Source: Promethearchaeota archaeon (GTDB lineage Archaea > Asgardarchaeota > Lokiarchaeia > Sigyniarchaeales > SOKP01). From it: a stretch of 64,000 nt of DNA. The notes beneath the pieces were generated by a model that saw nothing but the letters and a program-made list of their open reading frames with translations, was not told the origin of the DNA and ran no database searches. Position numbers and translations under genes: made by a program. The stretch covers positions 57,927 through 121,926 of the forward strand of contig JBHLOI010000002.1 in assembly GCA_048940645.1 (NCBI GenBank). Direction: 5' to 3'. This document shows, piece by piece, positions 1 to 10,038 of the stretch. Each line of letters begins with the position of its first letter. Position 1 is the first letter of the stretch.

Positions 1-47
1 AAAATTTTTGATATTTGGTATAGCCTAGAAAAAGCTGATGATAATAA

Positions 48-629
48 ATGTCAGATATTAATTTAACAAGAAATTTCCAAAAATTTGGGAAAAATGTTCA
101 TACTATTGCCATTCTCATGATACTTTCTTTTCCATTTCCTTTCCTTATTATAGGAATTTTAGTTTTAATGAGTAATTTATTGAAGAATATAAAAAATATA
201 AATATAATATTAAATAACAAAAATTTATTGGAGTTTTATACCAAATATAAATATTCTGCGGTTTTAAGGGTTATAGGGCTTTTATTTACTGCTGGAAGTA
301 TAACGGCATTTACATTTGCCTTAAGAAACCCTCTTTTTTTCAATCCATGGTATATTTTAATAATCCTGATTTGTAGTATTATGATTTTATTTGCAGGCTC
401 GGTGAGTGAGGCAAAAGGGTGGGAGGAATTAAAACAATTTATTGAGGAGAATGCTAATCTATTTCCGAGTGAAGTTTTAGATGATTCTATCGATGGTTGC
501 AGTAAATTGAGAAAGGGATCTTTAATCTATCATCTATGGTTCTTAGTAATTCCAATTCTGATTGGTTATGGTTTTCAAGTTAAAGGGTTTTTTAAATTAT
601 CAAAACTTAAAGATTTAGCGATGTTTTAG
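48..629 (+). CDS. hypothetical membrane protein
   Basis: 193-aa ORF with about 4 hydrophobic segments; no recognisable motif. Confidence 0.6.
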   Translation: MSDINLTRNFQKFGKNVHTIAILMILSFPFPFLIIGILVLMSNLLKNIKNINIILNNKNLLEFYTKYKYSAVLRVIGLLFTAGSITAFTFALRNPLFFNPWYILIILICSIMILFAGSVSEAKGWEELKQFIEENANLFPSEVLDDSIDGCSKLRKGSLIYHLWFLVIPILIGYGFQVKGFFKLSKLKDLAMF

Positions 630-815
630 TTGTATTAATCATAAACTCATACTAATCATAAAGAATTTTTATCTATGTGATTTAAAAAAACTTTAAAACT
701 TAAGATGGGAGGTAACACTGTAATATTATCTTAATTTAAATAATTATAATCTCATTTTAATATCCAGCGATCATCTTTTCAAAAAAGTTAAAAATTAAAG
801 ATTGGAGGATAAGCG

Positions 816-1256
816 TTGGAATATTTAAGAGAATTCTTAGTTTTGAAAGAAGGGGGCAAAGTCTTATACTGTAATTCCTCCGAGTTAATAAAAGATGAGA
901 TATTATTTGGTGGATTTCTTGAGGCAATCAATTCTTTCTATAATATCTCTCTTAAAGATGATTTACGGCAAATTGAAGGAAATGTTCTAAGAATTTCTTT
1001 TTTAACAAAGTTAGGGTGTCAATTTATTGGTATTTCTTCAATGAATGATAGTTGTAATGATGCATTAGAAGAATTACAATTTTTTACTAATAGATTTGTT
1101 GAACTGTTTCCAGAAATCTTAAACAAAGATAATGAAAATGATGTTCGCGTTTTTCAGAGGTTTAATTCAGAGATAATTAAAACCAAGAAAGATTATTTGG
1201 GAAAAGGTTTCGAAAGCAATTATCTCTCATATTTATTAGAATCAGAAGACTGGTGA
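816..1256 (+). CDS. longin-like domain protein (Asgard type), tandem copy 1
   Basis: Pattern FLVLKEGGKVLY...LFGGFLEAINSF...IEGNVLRISF...FIGIS resembles Asgard longin-fold proteins; GGAGG upstream of TTG start; clear paralogue of the next gene. Confidence 0.6.
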   Translation: MEYLREFLVLKEGGKVLYCNSSELIKDEILFGGFLEAINSFYNISLKDDLRQIEGNVLRISFLTKLGCQFIGISSMNDSCNDALEELQFFTNRFVELFPEILNKDNENDVRVFQRFNSEIIKTKKDYLGKGFESNYLSYLLESEDW

Positions 1257-1266
1257 AAAAAAAATC

Positions 1267-1686
1267 ATGGTTGAATACTTAAAAGATTTTTTTGTGTTAA
1301 AAGAAGGAGGTAAATGCATTTTTTCTAAAAATTCAGATTTAATCAAGGATGAGTCGTTGTTTACGGGTTTCCTTGAGGCAATTAATGGTTTTTATACTTT
1401 AGCCTTTAACGATGAATTAGACCAAATTGAAGGCAAAAATCTACGAATTACATTTATAAATAAAGAAGACTGCCAATTTGTTGGCATTTCTCCTATGACT
1501 GTTAAAAATGAAGAAGCGAGAGATGAGCTTGAATATTTTGCAGATATTTTTATTTCACGTTTTGGGGATGCATTAGAGAATGGAGAAAATGTCAGGATTT
1601 TTCACAGTTTTAGTTCAGAAATTATAAAAACCAAAAGTCAGTACCTTACAGAATTGCTAGAGAAATATTATCTTGTTAAAAATTAA
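1267..1686 (+). CDS. longin-like domain protein (Asgard type), tandem copy 2
   Basis: FFVLKEGGKCIF...LFTGFLEAINGF...IEGKNLRITF...FVGIS; colinear with 816..1256. Confidence 0.6.
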   Translation: MVEYLKDFFVLKEGGKCIFSKNSDLIKDESLFTGFLEAINGFYTLAFNDELDQIEGKNLRITFINKEDCQFVGISPMTVKNEEARDELEYFADIFISRFGDALENGENVRIFHSFSSEIIKTKSQYLTELLEKYYLVKN

Positions 1687-1696
1687 TTTAATAATT

Positions 1697-1990
1697 TCAA
1701 CACTCTTCTTCTTCCTCTTCTTTAAGAAAACGGGAACATGTATCGTCTAATTTCTTTATGATATGATCTCTGTCCTTCCAAATTAACCACGTTCCACCAC
1801 TTTTCTCAAAATGGAATCCTTCATAATTACCAACCATGCCTTTTAGTGTCTTTTTGATAAAACTCCAAGAAAAATTCGTCCTTTCAACCACTTCAGAAAT
1901 CGCAATAGGGTGATTAATTTCTAAATCGTTATTAAAAAATTCTATTACTCTATTTAAGCCAGTTTTAGGTGCTGATTCTTTTTCTGACAT
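1697..1990 (-). CDS. small winged helix-turn-helix-like protein
   Basis: PIAISEVVERTNFSWSFIKKTL helix-turn-helix pattern followed by beta hairpin FEKSGGTWLIW; acidic tail. Confidence 0.55.
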   Translation of the reverse strand: MSEKESAPKTGLNRVIEFFNNDLEINHPIAISEVVERTNFSWSFIKKTLKGMVGNYEGFHFEKSGGTWLIWKDRDHIIKKLDDTCSRFLKEEEEEEC

Positions 1991-2069
1991 GCTTACCAGG
2001 CATCTTAATCTATTATTTATTACAAATTATAGTTTTTATATCAATATTAACATTAGAAAAATTTGAAGA

Positions 2070-3275
2070 TTATTTTCTCATCTTAATAAATTCTCCAGAT
2101 TTCATTAACTCACATGGTTTTAAATATGTTAATCCTGTTTTTTCTGAGAGTTCTTCAAGCATTTTGGTCCACTTTACATAATTTTTTTTCCCAGGTCCAA
2201 AGGGTCCTGGCATGTCCATTCCTGCGAGCATAGTATCGTCAATGGTTTTATAATTGGAAACAATACCTTCTTCTAGAAGTCTACAACCTTCATTCAATTG
2301 AATAGCGTAATAATATTCTGGGCTGGATAATTCTGCTTTTTCTGTAGTTTTAATTTTTGGTTTTCCTTCACTCCAATCATAGATACCTTTTCCCGTTTTT
2401 TTTCCTAAGTGACCTTCTTTGAGTAATTTAGTAAGAGTTTTTCCCGGTACAAATTCAGGTGAAAGTTCCTCGGTAAAATAGTTCATAGTATTACATATTA
2501 CGTCGAGACCAAAGTAATCCCATTTAGCAAATATACCGAGTTCTGGTGGAGTTACAAAATCATTATCAACTTTTTCATAGGGGATTCCTTTTTCAGTTGC
2601 TAAATCTAATAACCAATTTAATAAAAGGTTTGATGCAATGGTTAGGCGATTTACAATAAACCCTGGGCTCTCCTTTTCAATTTTGGCGATAAATCTTTTA
2701 CCTTTTAGAGCTGGTAACTTACTCCCTAGTTCTACTGCCGTTTCAAAGGTTGCGTGAGAGGTTTTTTCACCTTTAATAATTTCTATTAATCTAAGAACTG
2801 GGACAGGAGTAAAAAAATGCATGCCTATAACTTTATCAGGTCGATTAGAAGCCTCTGCTATTTTTGTGATACTCATGGTAGACGTATTAGTTGCTAAAAT
2901 CGCATGTTTGGGTGCTAATCTTCCTAAATTTTGAAATAATTCTTGTTTTAACCCCATCACTTCGGGGATTGCTTCAACAATGAAATCAGCATCTTGAATA
3001 GATTTTTTTAAGTTTTTTTCTTTAATTAGAGTACCCATTAATGAATCGATTGATGATCCCTGACTTAATAGCCCCTTGGACTTTATTTTATTTAATCCAT
3101 TTCGAATAAAATTTACAGCCTTTTCCAAGGCATTTTTATTAATGTCATTTAATATGACTTTCTCGAATAATCCTGACATTAGAGCAACTTGAGCAATTTC
3201 TCGCCCCATGGTGCCTGCTCCGATAACTGTGAAAACCCTGATATTATCAATGATTACCAATCTGAAATTCACCAT
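2070..3275 (-). CDS. 3-hydroxyacyl-CoA dehydrogenase family protein
   Basis: GAGTMG NAD-binding motif, VEAIPE, ATNTS, GMHFFTP, PGFIVNR, GHLGKKTGKGIY. Confidence 0.92.
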   Translation of the reverse strand: MVNFRLVIIDNIRVFTVIGAGTMGREIAQVALMSGLFEKVILNDINKNALEKAVNFIRNGLNKIKSKGLLSQGSSIDSLMGTLIKEKNLKKSIQDADFIVEAIPEVMGLKQELFQNLGRLAPKHAILATNTSTMSITKIAEASNRPDKVIGMHFFTPVPVLRLIEIIKGEKTSHATFETAVELGSKLPALKGKRFIAKIEKESPGFIVNRLTIASNLLLNWLLDLATEKGIPYEKVDNDFVTPPELGIFAKWDYFGLDVICNTMNYFTEELSPEFVPGKTLTKLLKEGHLGKKTGKGIYDWSEGKPKIKTTEKAELSSPEYYYAIQLNEGCRLLEEGIVSNYKTIDDTMLAGMDMPGPFGPGKKNYVKWTKMLEELSEKTGLTYLKPCELMKSGEFIKMRK

Positions 3276-3350
3276 AAATTAAGAAATTGATAAAAAGTAG
3301 GCATAAGTAATATAAAAATTTTTTTTATGAAAAAAAGAGTATTTATAAAA

Positions 3351-4412
3351 TTAAATAATTGAAATAATATACCATGAGATTAGCATTGTACCTATTCCTA
3401 AAAATATTGAAATGGGAAGACCAGGCAAAATTTTATTACGTTTTAGCCCCATGATTGTTATACCTGTTCCAATTATGATTGCAATTGCTGTTAAAATCAT
3501 GACTATTACGCTATTTGCTTGAATAAGTGCACTTGAAGTAAGCATGCTATAAAAAGCTAAATCCCCAATTCCAATTTCTAATTTAGAAGTGTCATATACA
3601 GCTTCACCACTATCAATCTTTTCTTGGATATCTTTCTTAGCTAAATCCTTATTTACATCCCCTTGGGAAGCGATGTCTATCATTTCTTTTATTGGTCCCT
3701 TTTTATAGAGTACAGCAAATATATCCCAAATAGATATTCCAATTAAAATTGCTAATGTAGTCCAAAGTGGCATTAACACCCCCATAGATGCTCCAACCAA
3801 TAAACCCATGTATAACACGATAATATTCTTAGTAAATACTGATTTCGATGTAAAATATCCATAAAGTAAAAAGAGGGTAAAAATTCCAACATATATAGGT
3901 AAAAGAATATTTGCTAATGCATTATAAGTATAAACTAATGATGGTGATTCGGGAAATTGTATAAAGAATAAATATAAAATAATGGAACTAAAAAACAGTG
4001 ATAAGAAAAAGCTTAAAAAACCAAAGCTTAAACCAAATATATACTTTAAAACATCAATCCCTCGTTTTTTCACCAAGTAGATTATTAGAAATGCTGAAGC
4101 AGCAGCCATAATAGTGAAAATAACTCCATTTAATATTCCGCCTAAAGCTCCAAACTCCTCTTCAGATAAATAACCACCGTCTATTTGAACTCCGGCTTCT
4201 ATATATGTAAGATAAGATAAAATCCCAGCAATAATTACAACAAGTATAATTGGTAATGCATAAAATTTAGAACTAATTCTATATGTAGGTAAAAAATGTG
4301 GCACAAAATCTTTTTCAATTACTTCTTTTTCTGATTCTGTTTCTTCTGTATCTCTTTGATTATTTGGTTGATTTTGATGGTCAATCTGTGAATTTTCAAA
4401 ATTTTCTGACAT
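3351..4412 (-). CDS. presenilin-family (GxGD) intramembrane aspartyl protease
   Basis: About 9 TM segments; IWDIFAVLYKKGP (YD-equivalent), IGIGDLAFYSML (GxGD), LPGLPISI (PAL-equivalent). Confidence 0.88.
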   Translation of the reverse strand: MSENFENSQIDHQNQPNNQRDTEETESEKEVIEKDFVPHFLPTYRISSKFYALPIILVVIIAGILSYLTYIEAGVQIDGGYLSEEEFGALGGILNGVIFTIMAAASAFLIIYLVKKRGIDVLKYIFGLSFGFLSFFLSLFFSSIILYLFFIQFPESPSLVYTYNALANILLPIYVGIFTLFLLYGYFTSKSVFTKNIIVLYMGLLVGASMGVLMPLWTTLAILIGISIWDIFAVLYKKGPIKEMIDIASQGDVNKDLAKKDIQEKIDSGEAVYDTSKLEIGIGDLAFYSMLTSSALIQANSVIVMILTAIAIIIGTGITIMGLKRNKILPGLPISIFLGIGTMLISWYIISII

Positions 4413-4531
4413 ATTATTATAGTACTTTGTTTATGAATTAATTATTTAAGGTAATAATATAATTAATAATTTAAATATCTGTTATTTATGAAAAATATTA
4501 GAAAACAACTCGATGTAAATAATTAAAAATA

Positions 4532-5218
4532 ATGTCAAAATACCAAAATTTTGAACAAAAATTAAGTAAAGCTTATTTAAATTTTTTGAATAGTGATATT
4601 AGAAAAATTTATCATAACCCTATATTTCCGTGTCATTTAGGAATTATTTTTTTTAGTAATAATCATAGTAATTTATTTGAAAAATTAAATATAGAAATTA
4701 ATAACGTTTTTGAGCGTTTTTTCTTTGGGATTATGAGCTTTGAAATTAAAAATGATTATTTCTTCTCTATAAAAGAAAGAATTAAAGTTAAAGGATTATG
4801 TAATGATGTTTTTGTATATCCTTCAAATTATTTTTATACAATTATTTCTGATTACAAAATTAAAAACAATTCTGACATAGGTCTTGGGATAACGAATTTA
4901 CCCATATACTCAAGCGATAGAAAAAATTTGATATTTCTATATGGTGAGGCACATCTACGTCAAAATTGTGCTGTTGTGTCTTCCTACAATTTAAAATTGA
5001 ATGCCCATTCTCAGCATGATGATAAAACTAATCATAGATTGATTAAAGAAGCGATTCATGAAATTGGACATATTATTTTAGGAGCTGGGCATTGTTTAAA
5101 TAAATTATGTGTTATGAGTTTCTCCAAAAATATTGAGGCAATTGATAAAAAATCACTAAAGCTATGTTCAAATTGCCAATTTGAATTAAAACGGTTAAGA
5201 GCAAAATTAAACTTTTAA
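4532..5218 (+). CDS. archaemetzincin (peptidase M54) family Zn metalloprotease
   Basis: KEAIHEIGHIILGAGHC...CVMSFS...IDKK...LCSNC metzincin plus Cys4 motif. Confidence 0.85.
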   Translation: MSKYQNFEQKLSKAYLNFLNSDIRKIYHNPIFPCHLGIIFFSNNHSNLFEKLNIEINNVFERFFFGIMSFEIKNDYFFSIKERIKVKGLCNDVFVYPSNYFYTIISDYKIKNNSDIGLGITNLPIYSSDRKNLIFLYGEAHLRQNCAVVSSYNLKLNAHSQHDDKTNHRLIKEAIHEIGHIILGAGHCLNKLCVMSFSKNIEAIDKKSLKLCSNCQFELKRLRAKLNF

Positions 5219-5234
5219 AAAGATTCAATTTTTC

Positions 5235-6482
5235 TTAAAAATAGACATTTGGAAACTGTTGTATAAATTCTTTCAATAAATTTACTCTATGCCTTCTTTC
5301 TTCTCTACGATAACGCAATGGATATAATTCATCAATAGTAAATTTATATAATTGAACCCATGTTTTTGCTACTTTTTCGATTCTATAATTTTCCGAAATT
5401 AATTTCGCATTTTTTCCGAACTCTTCTCTAAGATCATCATCTTTTAGTAATTTAATTACATATTCATTGAATTGATCTAAATTATTAGCTAAATATCCTG
5501 TCTCTCCATGTCTTATTATATTAGCTATACCACAACCATTAGCTCCAACACTAGGAGTTCCTTGAGCCATAGCTTCCGCTAAAACTAAACCCTCTGCTTC
5601 AACCCAAGACCATAGACACGTTAAATCAACAGTATTATATAATTTTAACAAATCCTCGAATGGTACTCTCCCTTCATATGATACAAAATCTCTATATTTC
5701 TTATTCTTAACGATTTTCTCTACAGCATCAGTAGATGGACCGGGACTACCTACTAACATTAAATGAGAATCAGGAACCTTTTTATGAATTTCTCTAAATG
5801 CTTTTATAACTCGAATTGGATGTTTTTCAGGTGATAATCTTGAAGCATATAATAATACTTTTTTATCTCCTAAATTATATTTTTCTCTAATTCCATTTTG
5901 TTTAAGCGTTTTAAAGTAAAAATCAGGAATTCCCGTATTTAGAGCAATTATTGGTTCTTTAAACTTATATCTAAGTAATAAATCTTTTTTTGTTTTAGTT
6001 GGAACATGAACCAAATCATATTTGTCTAAGACTTGCCTTTCATATCTCCAGATGATATCATTTTTGGCCAGTAATTTGCCGAATATTGGTATATATTGAG
6101 CTGTATAAAATTGCATAGGACTATGATGGGAACCAATCATAGGGATTCCTAAATATTTTGCCCAGTTGATGGCCATCGCTCCCACTGTCGCGTGTGTATG
6201 AATATGTGCGATGTCCAAATAATCCTCTTGGCAAAGGAAGATTTTATGTATTGGGACAGTTAGAACAAACTGGGTCTTATGTCCTATTTGAACACCTCCT
6301 AAATCGTGAAAGTGGAGTGTCTTTGGTTTTTTATATCCGTCCTGAATACAGGGAGCAAAAATATGTACATTATGTCCTAATTTTGCTATGGCATTACTTA
6401 AAAATCTTACACCATGTGCAAGACCATTCATTTGACTGTACATATTACTGAAAATTCCAATTTCCAGTTTATTCTTAACCAT
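5235..6482 (-). CDS. glycosyltransferase family 4 (GT-B)
   Basis: SRLSPEKH, EAEGLVLAEAMAQGTP, HGETGYL. Confidence 0.9.
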   Translation of the reverse strand: MVKNKLEIGIFSNMYSQMNGLAHGVRFLSNAIAKLGHNVHIFAPCIQDGYKKPKTLHFHDLGGVQIGHKTQFVLTVPIHKIFLCQEDYLDIAHIHTHATVGAMAINWAKYLGIPMIGSHHSPMQFYTAQYIPIFGKLLAKNDIIWRYERQVLDKYDLVHVPTKTKKDLLLRYKFKEPIIALNTGIPDFYFKTLKQNGIREKYNLGDKKVLLYASRLSPEKHPIRVIKAFREIHKKVPDSHLMLVGSPGPSTDAVEKIVKNKKYRDFVSYEGRVPFEDLLKLYNTVDLTCLWSWVEAEGLVLAEAMAQGTPSVGANGCGIANIIRHGETGYLANNLDQFNEYVIKLLKDDDLREEFGKNAKLISENYRIEKVAKTWVQLYKFTIDELYPLRYRREERRHRVNLLKEFIQQFPNVYF

Positions 6483-6757
6483 GGTTTTAATCCTAAAAAT
6501 AGAAAAATATTATATTTATCTAGATACATTTTTATTTAAAAAACTATGTTTTTAATAAAAAATTGGTGATTTTTTAATAAAATCTTAAAAATTATCATTA
6601 AGTCTTTAAAGTCTATTAATTACAGCTTATTTTTTTCTCTAAGTTAGATTCAATTCATTATTAAATATATTCAAACCTAATAAAAACCTTTATTTATCTT
6701 GTTAACTGAATTATTTCAGTTAAATATGTATGACTGAAAGTTAAGAGGATATATTAA

Positions 6758-7240
6758 ATGCAGAAATACCATATGAGAAAATTAGAAAAAGAAATAACAA
6801 ATAGAGAAAAGATATATGATATTTTAAAAAGGGGAAAATATACCATTCTTTCATTATGTCGAGATAATGAACCATATGTAGTAACTCTAAGTTATGGGTT
6901 TGATGATAAAAAAAATTCATTGTATCTTCATACTGCTAATCAAGGTTTAAAAATTGATTTTATAAAAAGAAACCCAAACATATGTGGGACAGTAATAGAA
7001 GATCATGGTTATAAAATGAATCAATGCTCTCATGCTTATTGTTCGATAGTTTTTTGGGGAAAAATATCTGTAATAGAAGACCTTAAAGAAAAAAAGCATG
7101 CATTTAACGTCTTAATAAATCATTTAGAAGAAAATCCTGATGAAGTTAAACAGAGATTTTTAAAAAAAGATACTGTTTATTATGATACATGTTTGTTACG
7201 ACTTGATATTATCGAAATAACTGGTAAAAAGAGTTTGTAA
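6758..7240 (+). CDS. pyridoxamine 5'-phosphate oxidase-like / NimA-family flavin-binding protein
   Basis: EPYVVTLSYG...LYLHTANQGLKIDFIKRNPNIC...YCSIVFWG...ITGK. Confidence 0.85.
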   Translation: MQKYHMRKLEKEITNREKIYDILKRGKYTILSLCRDNEPYVVTLSYGFDDKKNSLYLHTANQGLKIDFIKRNPNICGTVIEDHGYKMNQCSHAYCSIVFWGKISVIEDLKEKKHAFNVLINHLEENPDEVKQRFLKKDTVYYDTCLLRLDIIEITGKKSL

Positions 7241-7289
7241 GATATTTAAAATAAAAAAATTTTTTTTAAAAGAAATATAATTAAACTTT

Positions 7290-7466
7290 ATGGATGCTAA
7301 AGAAGAACAAAAAATTGTCGAAGAAATATTAAAAGATAGAAGATTACCACATTCAATAGAGATATTAGATGTTGATGGAGATAAATACACTGTTCGAAAT
7401 AATTTTGGTTCTACAATTATATACTATAAAAAAGGAGAAAATTATTTTTTAGAAGAAGAACTATAA
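7290..7466 (+). CDS. small hypothetical protein (58 aa), absent from ORF track
   Basis: Own translation, ATG 7290 to TAA 7466: MDAKEEQKIVEEILKDRRLPHSIEILDVDGDKYTVRNNFGSTIIYYKKGENYFLEEEL; purine-rich coding-like composition, same strand as neighbours. Confidence 0.7.
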   Translation: MDAKEEQKIVEEILKDRRLPHSIEILDVDGDKYTVRNNFGSTIIYYKKGENYFLEEEL

Positions 7467-7708
7467 AAGAGGATAATTTAATAGTAATTCAGGCAGAATA
7501 CCCTAATCCTTTCGTTTGATTTTTAGTTTATAAATAAATTCCTTCTATTAAATGTATCTATAAGTCTTCTTTAAATTGATTTATTCTATAAATAATAAAT
7601 ACTAAATATCTATTGAATCTTTAAATTATTCATAGTTAAGATTATAAGATCGTAATTTTTTTTATTAATCATAGGAAAAAGAAAATAGCAAGAGTAATTT
7701 ACAAACTC

Positions 7709-8899
7709 ATGAGAAGGAGAAAAATCAAATCAGAAAGCTCTGAAGAGAAATTTAAGGAAAAATTTCGGGCTGTAATAGATAACTCAACTTCATTATCTAT
7801 GTATAATGAAAAGAAAAAGGCTATTTGTATTATAAAAAAGAATTTAGCTAAAGATTATGAAATTGAAGTTGATGCCTCTGAAGCCCCAATCCTTAATAAA
7901 ATGACCGAAACTCCTGAACCATATGAAAATTCTATAGCAGATCTTAAAATTTTGGAAGAAGAAGTTTTCCCATTAAGTAAAGCATTTAAGAATGTTTTTG
8001 GTGAAGAAAAAGAAATAGAATTATATTCAATAAAATTAGCTATCGGAGGAAGTAATACTGATTATGTTACAATCAGTGAAAAGGATTTGGTAAAATATGA
8101 CGTGGAACCAACACTAAGTGGTTTAAGAGATTTCATAAAGGAAAATACAGAGAGCATTTTAGGTTTTCTTGATAGTAAATATATAAGTGAAGAGGGAAAT
8201 GTCATTTATTTGAGGTGTGGAAAAAAAAATGTTTCTGACAATATATTTTCTTTAAAGATTGTAATACTTGCTTCTTTACAACAAAGAGGATATTTTCTTC
8301 AGCAAGAGCATAAGTACTATGGACTTCAGCTCTTTTTAGTTATAGAATCTAGAAAAGAAAATGATGATAAATTACTAGAATTCTTAAAGGAATTAGGTAT
8401 TGATTGGGAATTAATCTTTTTCAGAAGAAAATTAGCTATTCACGATTGGACTGAAATAGAATGTGAAAGAAATTCAGAAAATCTAAAAAGTTATCTACGA
8501 GCAAGATATGATACCCTGAATTATTTCGACATAAATAATATAATAAGATTAATAGTTAAAAATCAATTACCATTTAAAGTTGCAGATAAGATGGCTTCAC
8601 TACTTTACAAAATGAAAACTGAGAGGGCACTACAAATGCATGAAAAGAAATTCGAGCAATCAAAGGTTAAAGAGAGAATGTATATTGATGATTCAGTTCA
8701 AAATTTTTCAAGAAGTGCTAATGATGATGATAAAATTCAAGCTGGAGATGAATATTCTCTTACCCTCAAAAAAGCTGAGATTGTTGCTGCTGCAAAAATT
8801 GCCTGTGCTTATTTAGGAATACAAATTGAGATTAAATTTGATAGAGATATCTCAACAGAAGATGTTTTAAAATATCAGGATGAGTTAACTAATTTTTAG
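7709..8899 (+). CDS. hypothetical protein
   Basis: 396-aa soluble ORF, no recognised motif. Confidence 0.7.
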   Translation: MRRRKIKSESSEEKFKEKFRAVIDNSTSLSMYNEKKKAICIIKKNLAKDYEIEVDASEAPILNKMTETPEPYENSIADLKILEEEVFPLSKAFKNVFGEEKEIELYSIKLAIGGSNTDYVTISEKDLVKYDVEPTLSGLRDFIKENTESILGFLDSKYISEEGNVIYLRCGKKNVSDNIFSLKIVILASLQQRGYFLQQEHKYYGLQLFLVIESRKENDDKLLEFLKELGIDWELIFFRRKLAIHDWTEIECERNSENLKSYLRARYDTLNYFDINNIIRLIVKNQLPFKVADKMASLLYKMKTERALQMHEKKFEQSKVKERMYIDDSVQNFSRSANDDDKIQAGDEYSLTLKKAEIVAAAKIACAYLGIQIEIKFDRDISTEDVLKYQDELTNF

Positions 8900-8949
8900 T
8901 CTCTACTCTTTTAAAAATAATAAAGAAAAAATTTAAGATTTTTATAAAA

Positions 8950-9954
8950 TTAATCTAATCCATAAGAACTTTTTAATAATTCATAGTTTACTGCTCCAGC
9001 GGTGATTGATCTTCCAGTTCTAATATTATTAACAGTATAAGTTGCGGGAGCAAATAAACCAGGATCAATTTTATAGAAGTCATAATCTGCTTCTTTAAAG
9101 ATTGTGTTAAATGGTTTTCCATAGCTAGAGGATTGGTTAGAAGGGGCATTTTTTATAAGCTCAAATAAATTTTCTTCTTTTTCTTTTTCAACATCAATTG
9201 TGTAGAAAACTTTTCCTCCAGCTATTATAGAATCATTAGTGGTTCCCATTGCTGCAAAATCATCGTTAGCAATTGGTGCAATTGATGTCGTTCCAAAGCC
9301 ATCCTTAATCACTTCCAATGGAAAATGAATTTCATGGAGTTTATGAATCCCGGTTTCCACGATTCTTGCGGCCACCTGAATGGATCCCGTTAAACAGGCA
9401 GTAGGAGCACATACTGCATATGTATTTTCTGGTGTTACTTTAGATTTTTCAGACACAATAGCCAATACTTCCTCATTGGGCATCTTTCTCGTCTCAAATA
9501 CTATTATAGCACAATCAGAATCATCAATATATTTTAACTCATCAAAGAGTTTTTCAACTTTAGCTTTTGCTCTTGCTGGTCCTGAGCCTAAAGATTGAAA
9601 TACTACCTTCTTTTTAATTTCTCCATTTTTTTCAACTTCTTTTTTTAATTTCACAGACCATCCTGCCAATTGAGACGCCATACATGATATAATTGGTTCT
9701 GAAGTATATACATTAACAGCAGGGAAAAAGTGACCATCTAAACTAAAAGTTGTAAATTCTACAGTTCCTAAACCACCCATGCAAATTTCTCCAACTAATT
9801 TTCCTCCCATCCATGATGCATTTGTCATATCTAAGATTGTAGAACCATTACTTAATTTATAGACTTCAGCTTTAAAATAATCTTTATTTTCAATAATTTC
9901 TTCAACAATTTTCAAGGCGAGATTATTAATTTTCACGTGGTGCATTATTATCAC
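8950..9954 (-). CDS. mch: methenyltetrahydromethanopterin cyclohydrolase
   Basis: ICMGGLG, CMASQLAGW, LGSGPARA, APTACLTGSIQVAARIVETG, AMGTTND, FYKIDPGLFAPA. Confidence 0.93.
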   Translation of the reverse strand: MIIMHHVKINNLALKIVEEIIENKDYFKAEVYKLSNGSTILDMTNASWMGGKLVGEICMGGLGTVEFTTFSLDGHFFPAVNVYTSEPIISCMASQLAGWSVKLKKEVEKNGEIKKKVVFQSLGSGPARAKAKVEKLFDELKYIDDSDCAIIVFETRKMPNEEVLAIVSEKSKVTPENTYAVCAPTACLTGSIQVAARIVETGIHKLHEIHFPLEVIKDGFGTTSIAPIANDDFAAMGTTNDSIIAGGKVFYTIDVEKEKEENLFELIKNAPSNQSSSYGKPFNTIFKEADYDFYKIDPGLFAPATYTVNNIRTGRSITAGAVNYELLKSSYGLD

Positions 9955-10038
9955 CTAAATAACAATTTTTATTGGGTATTTAAAATTAAATTTTTATTTT
10001 ATTATATTAACATAAGTTTTAATTAAAAGTTTATAAAA

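Noticed and set aside
7196-7390. 64-aa minus-strand ORF
   Set aside because: Antisense shadow of the plus-strand 7290..7466 ORF and the end of the upstream gene.
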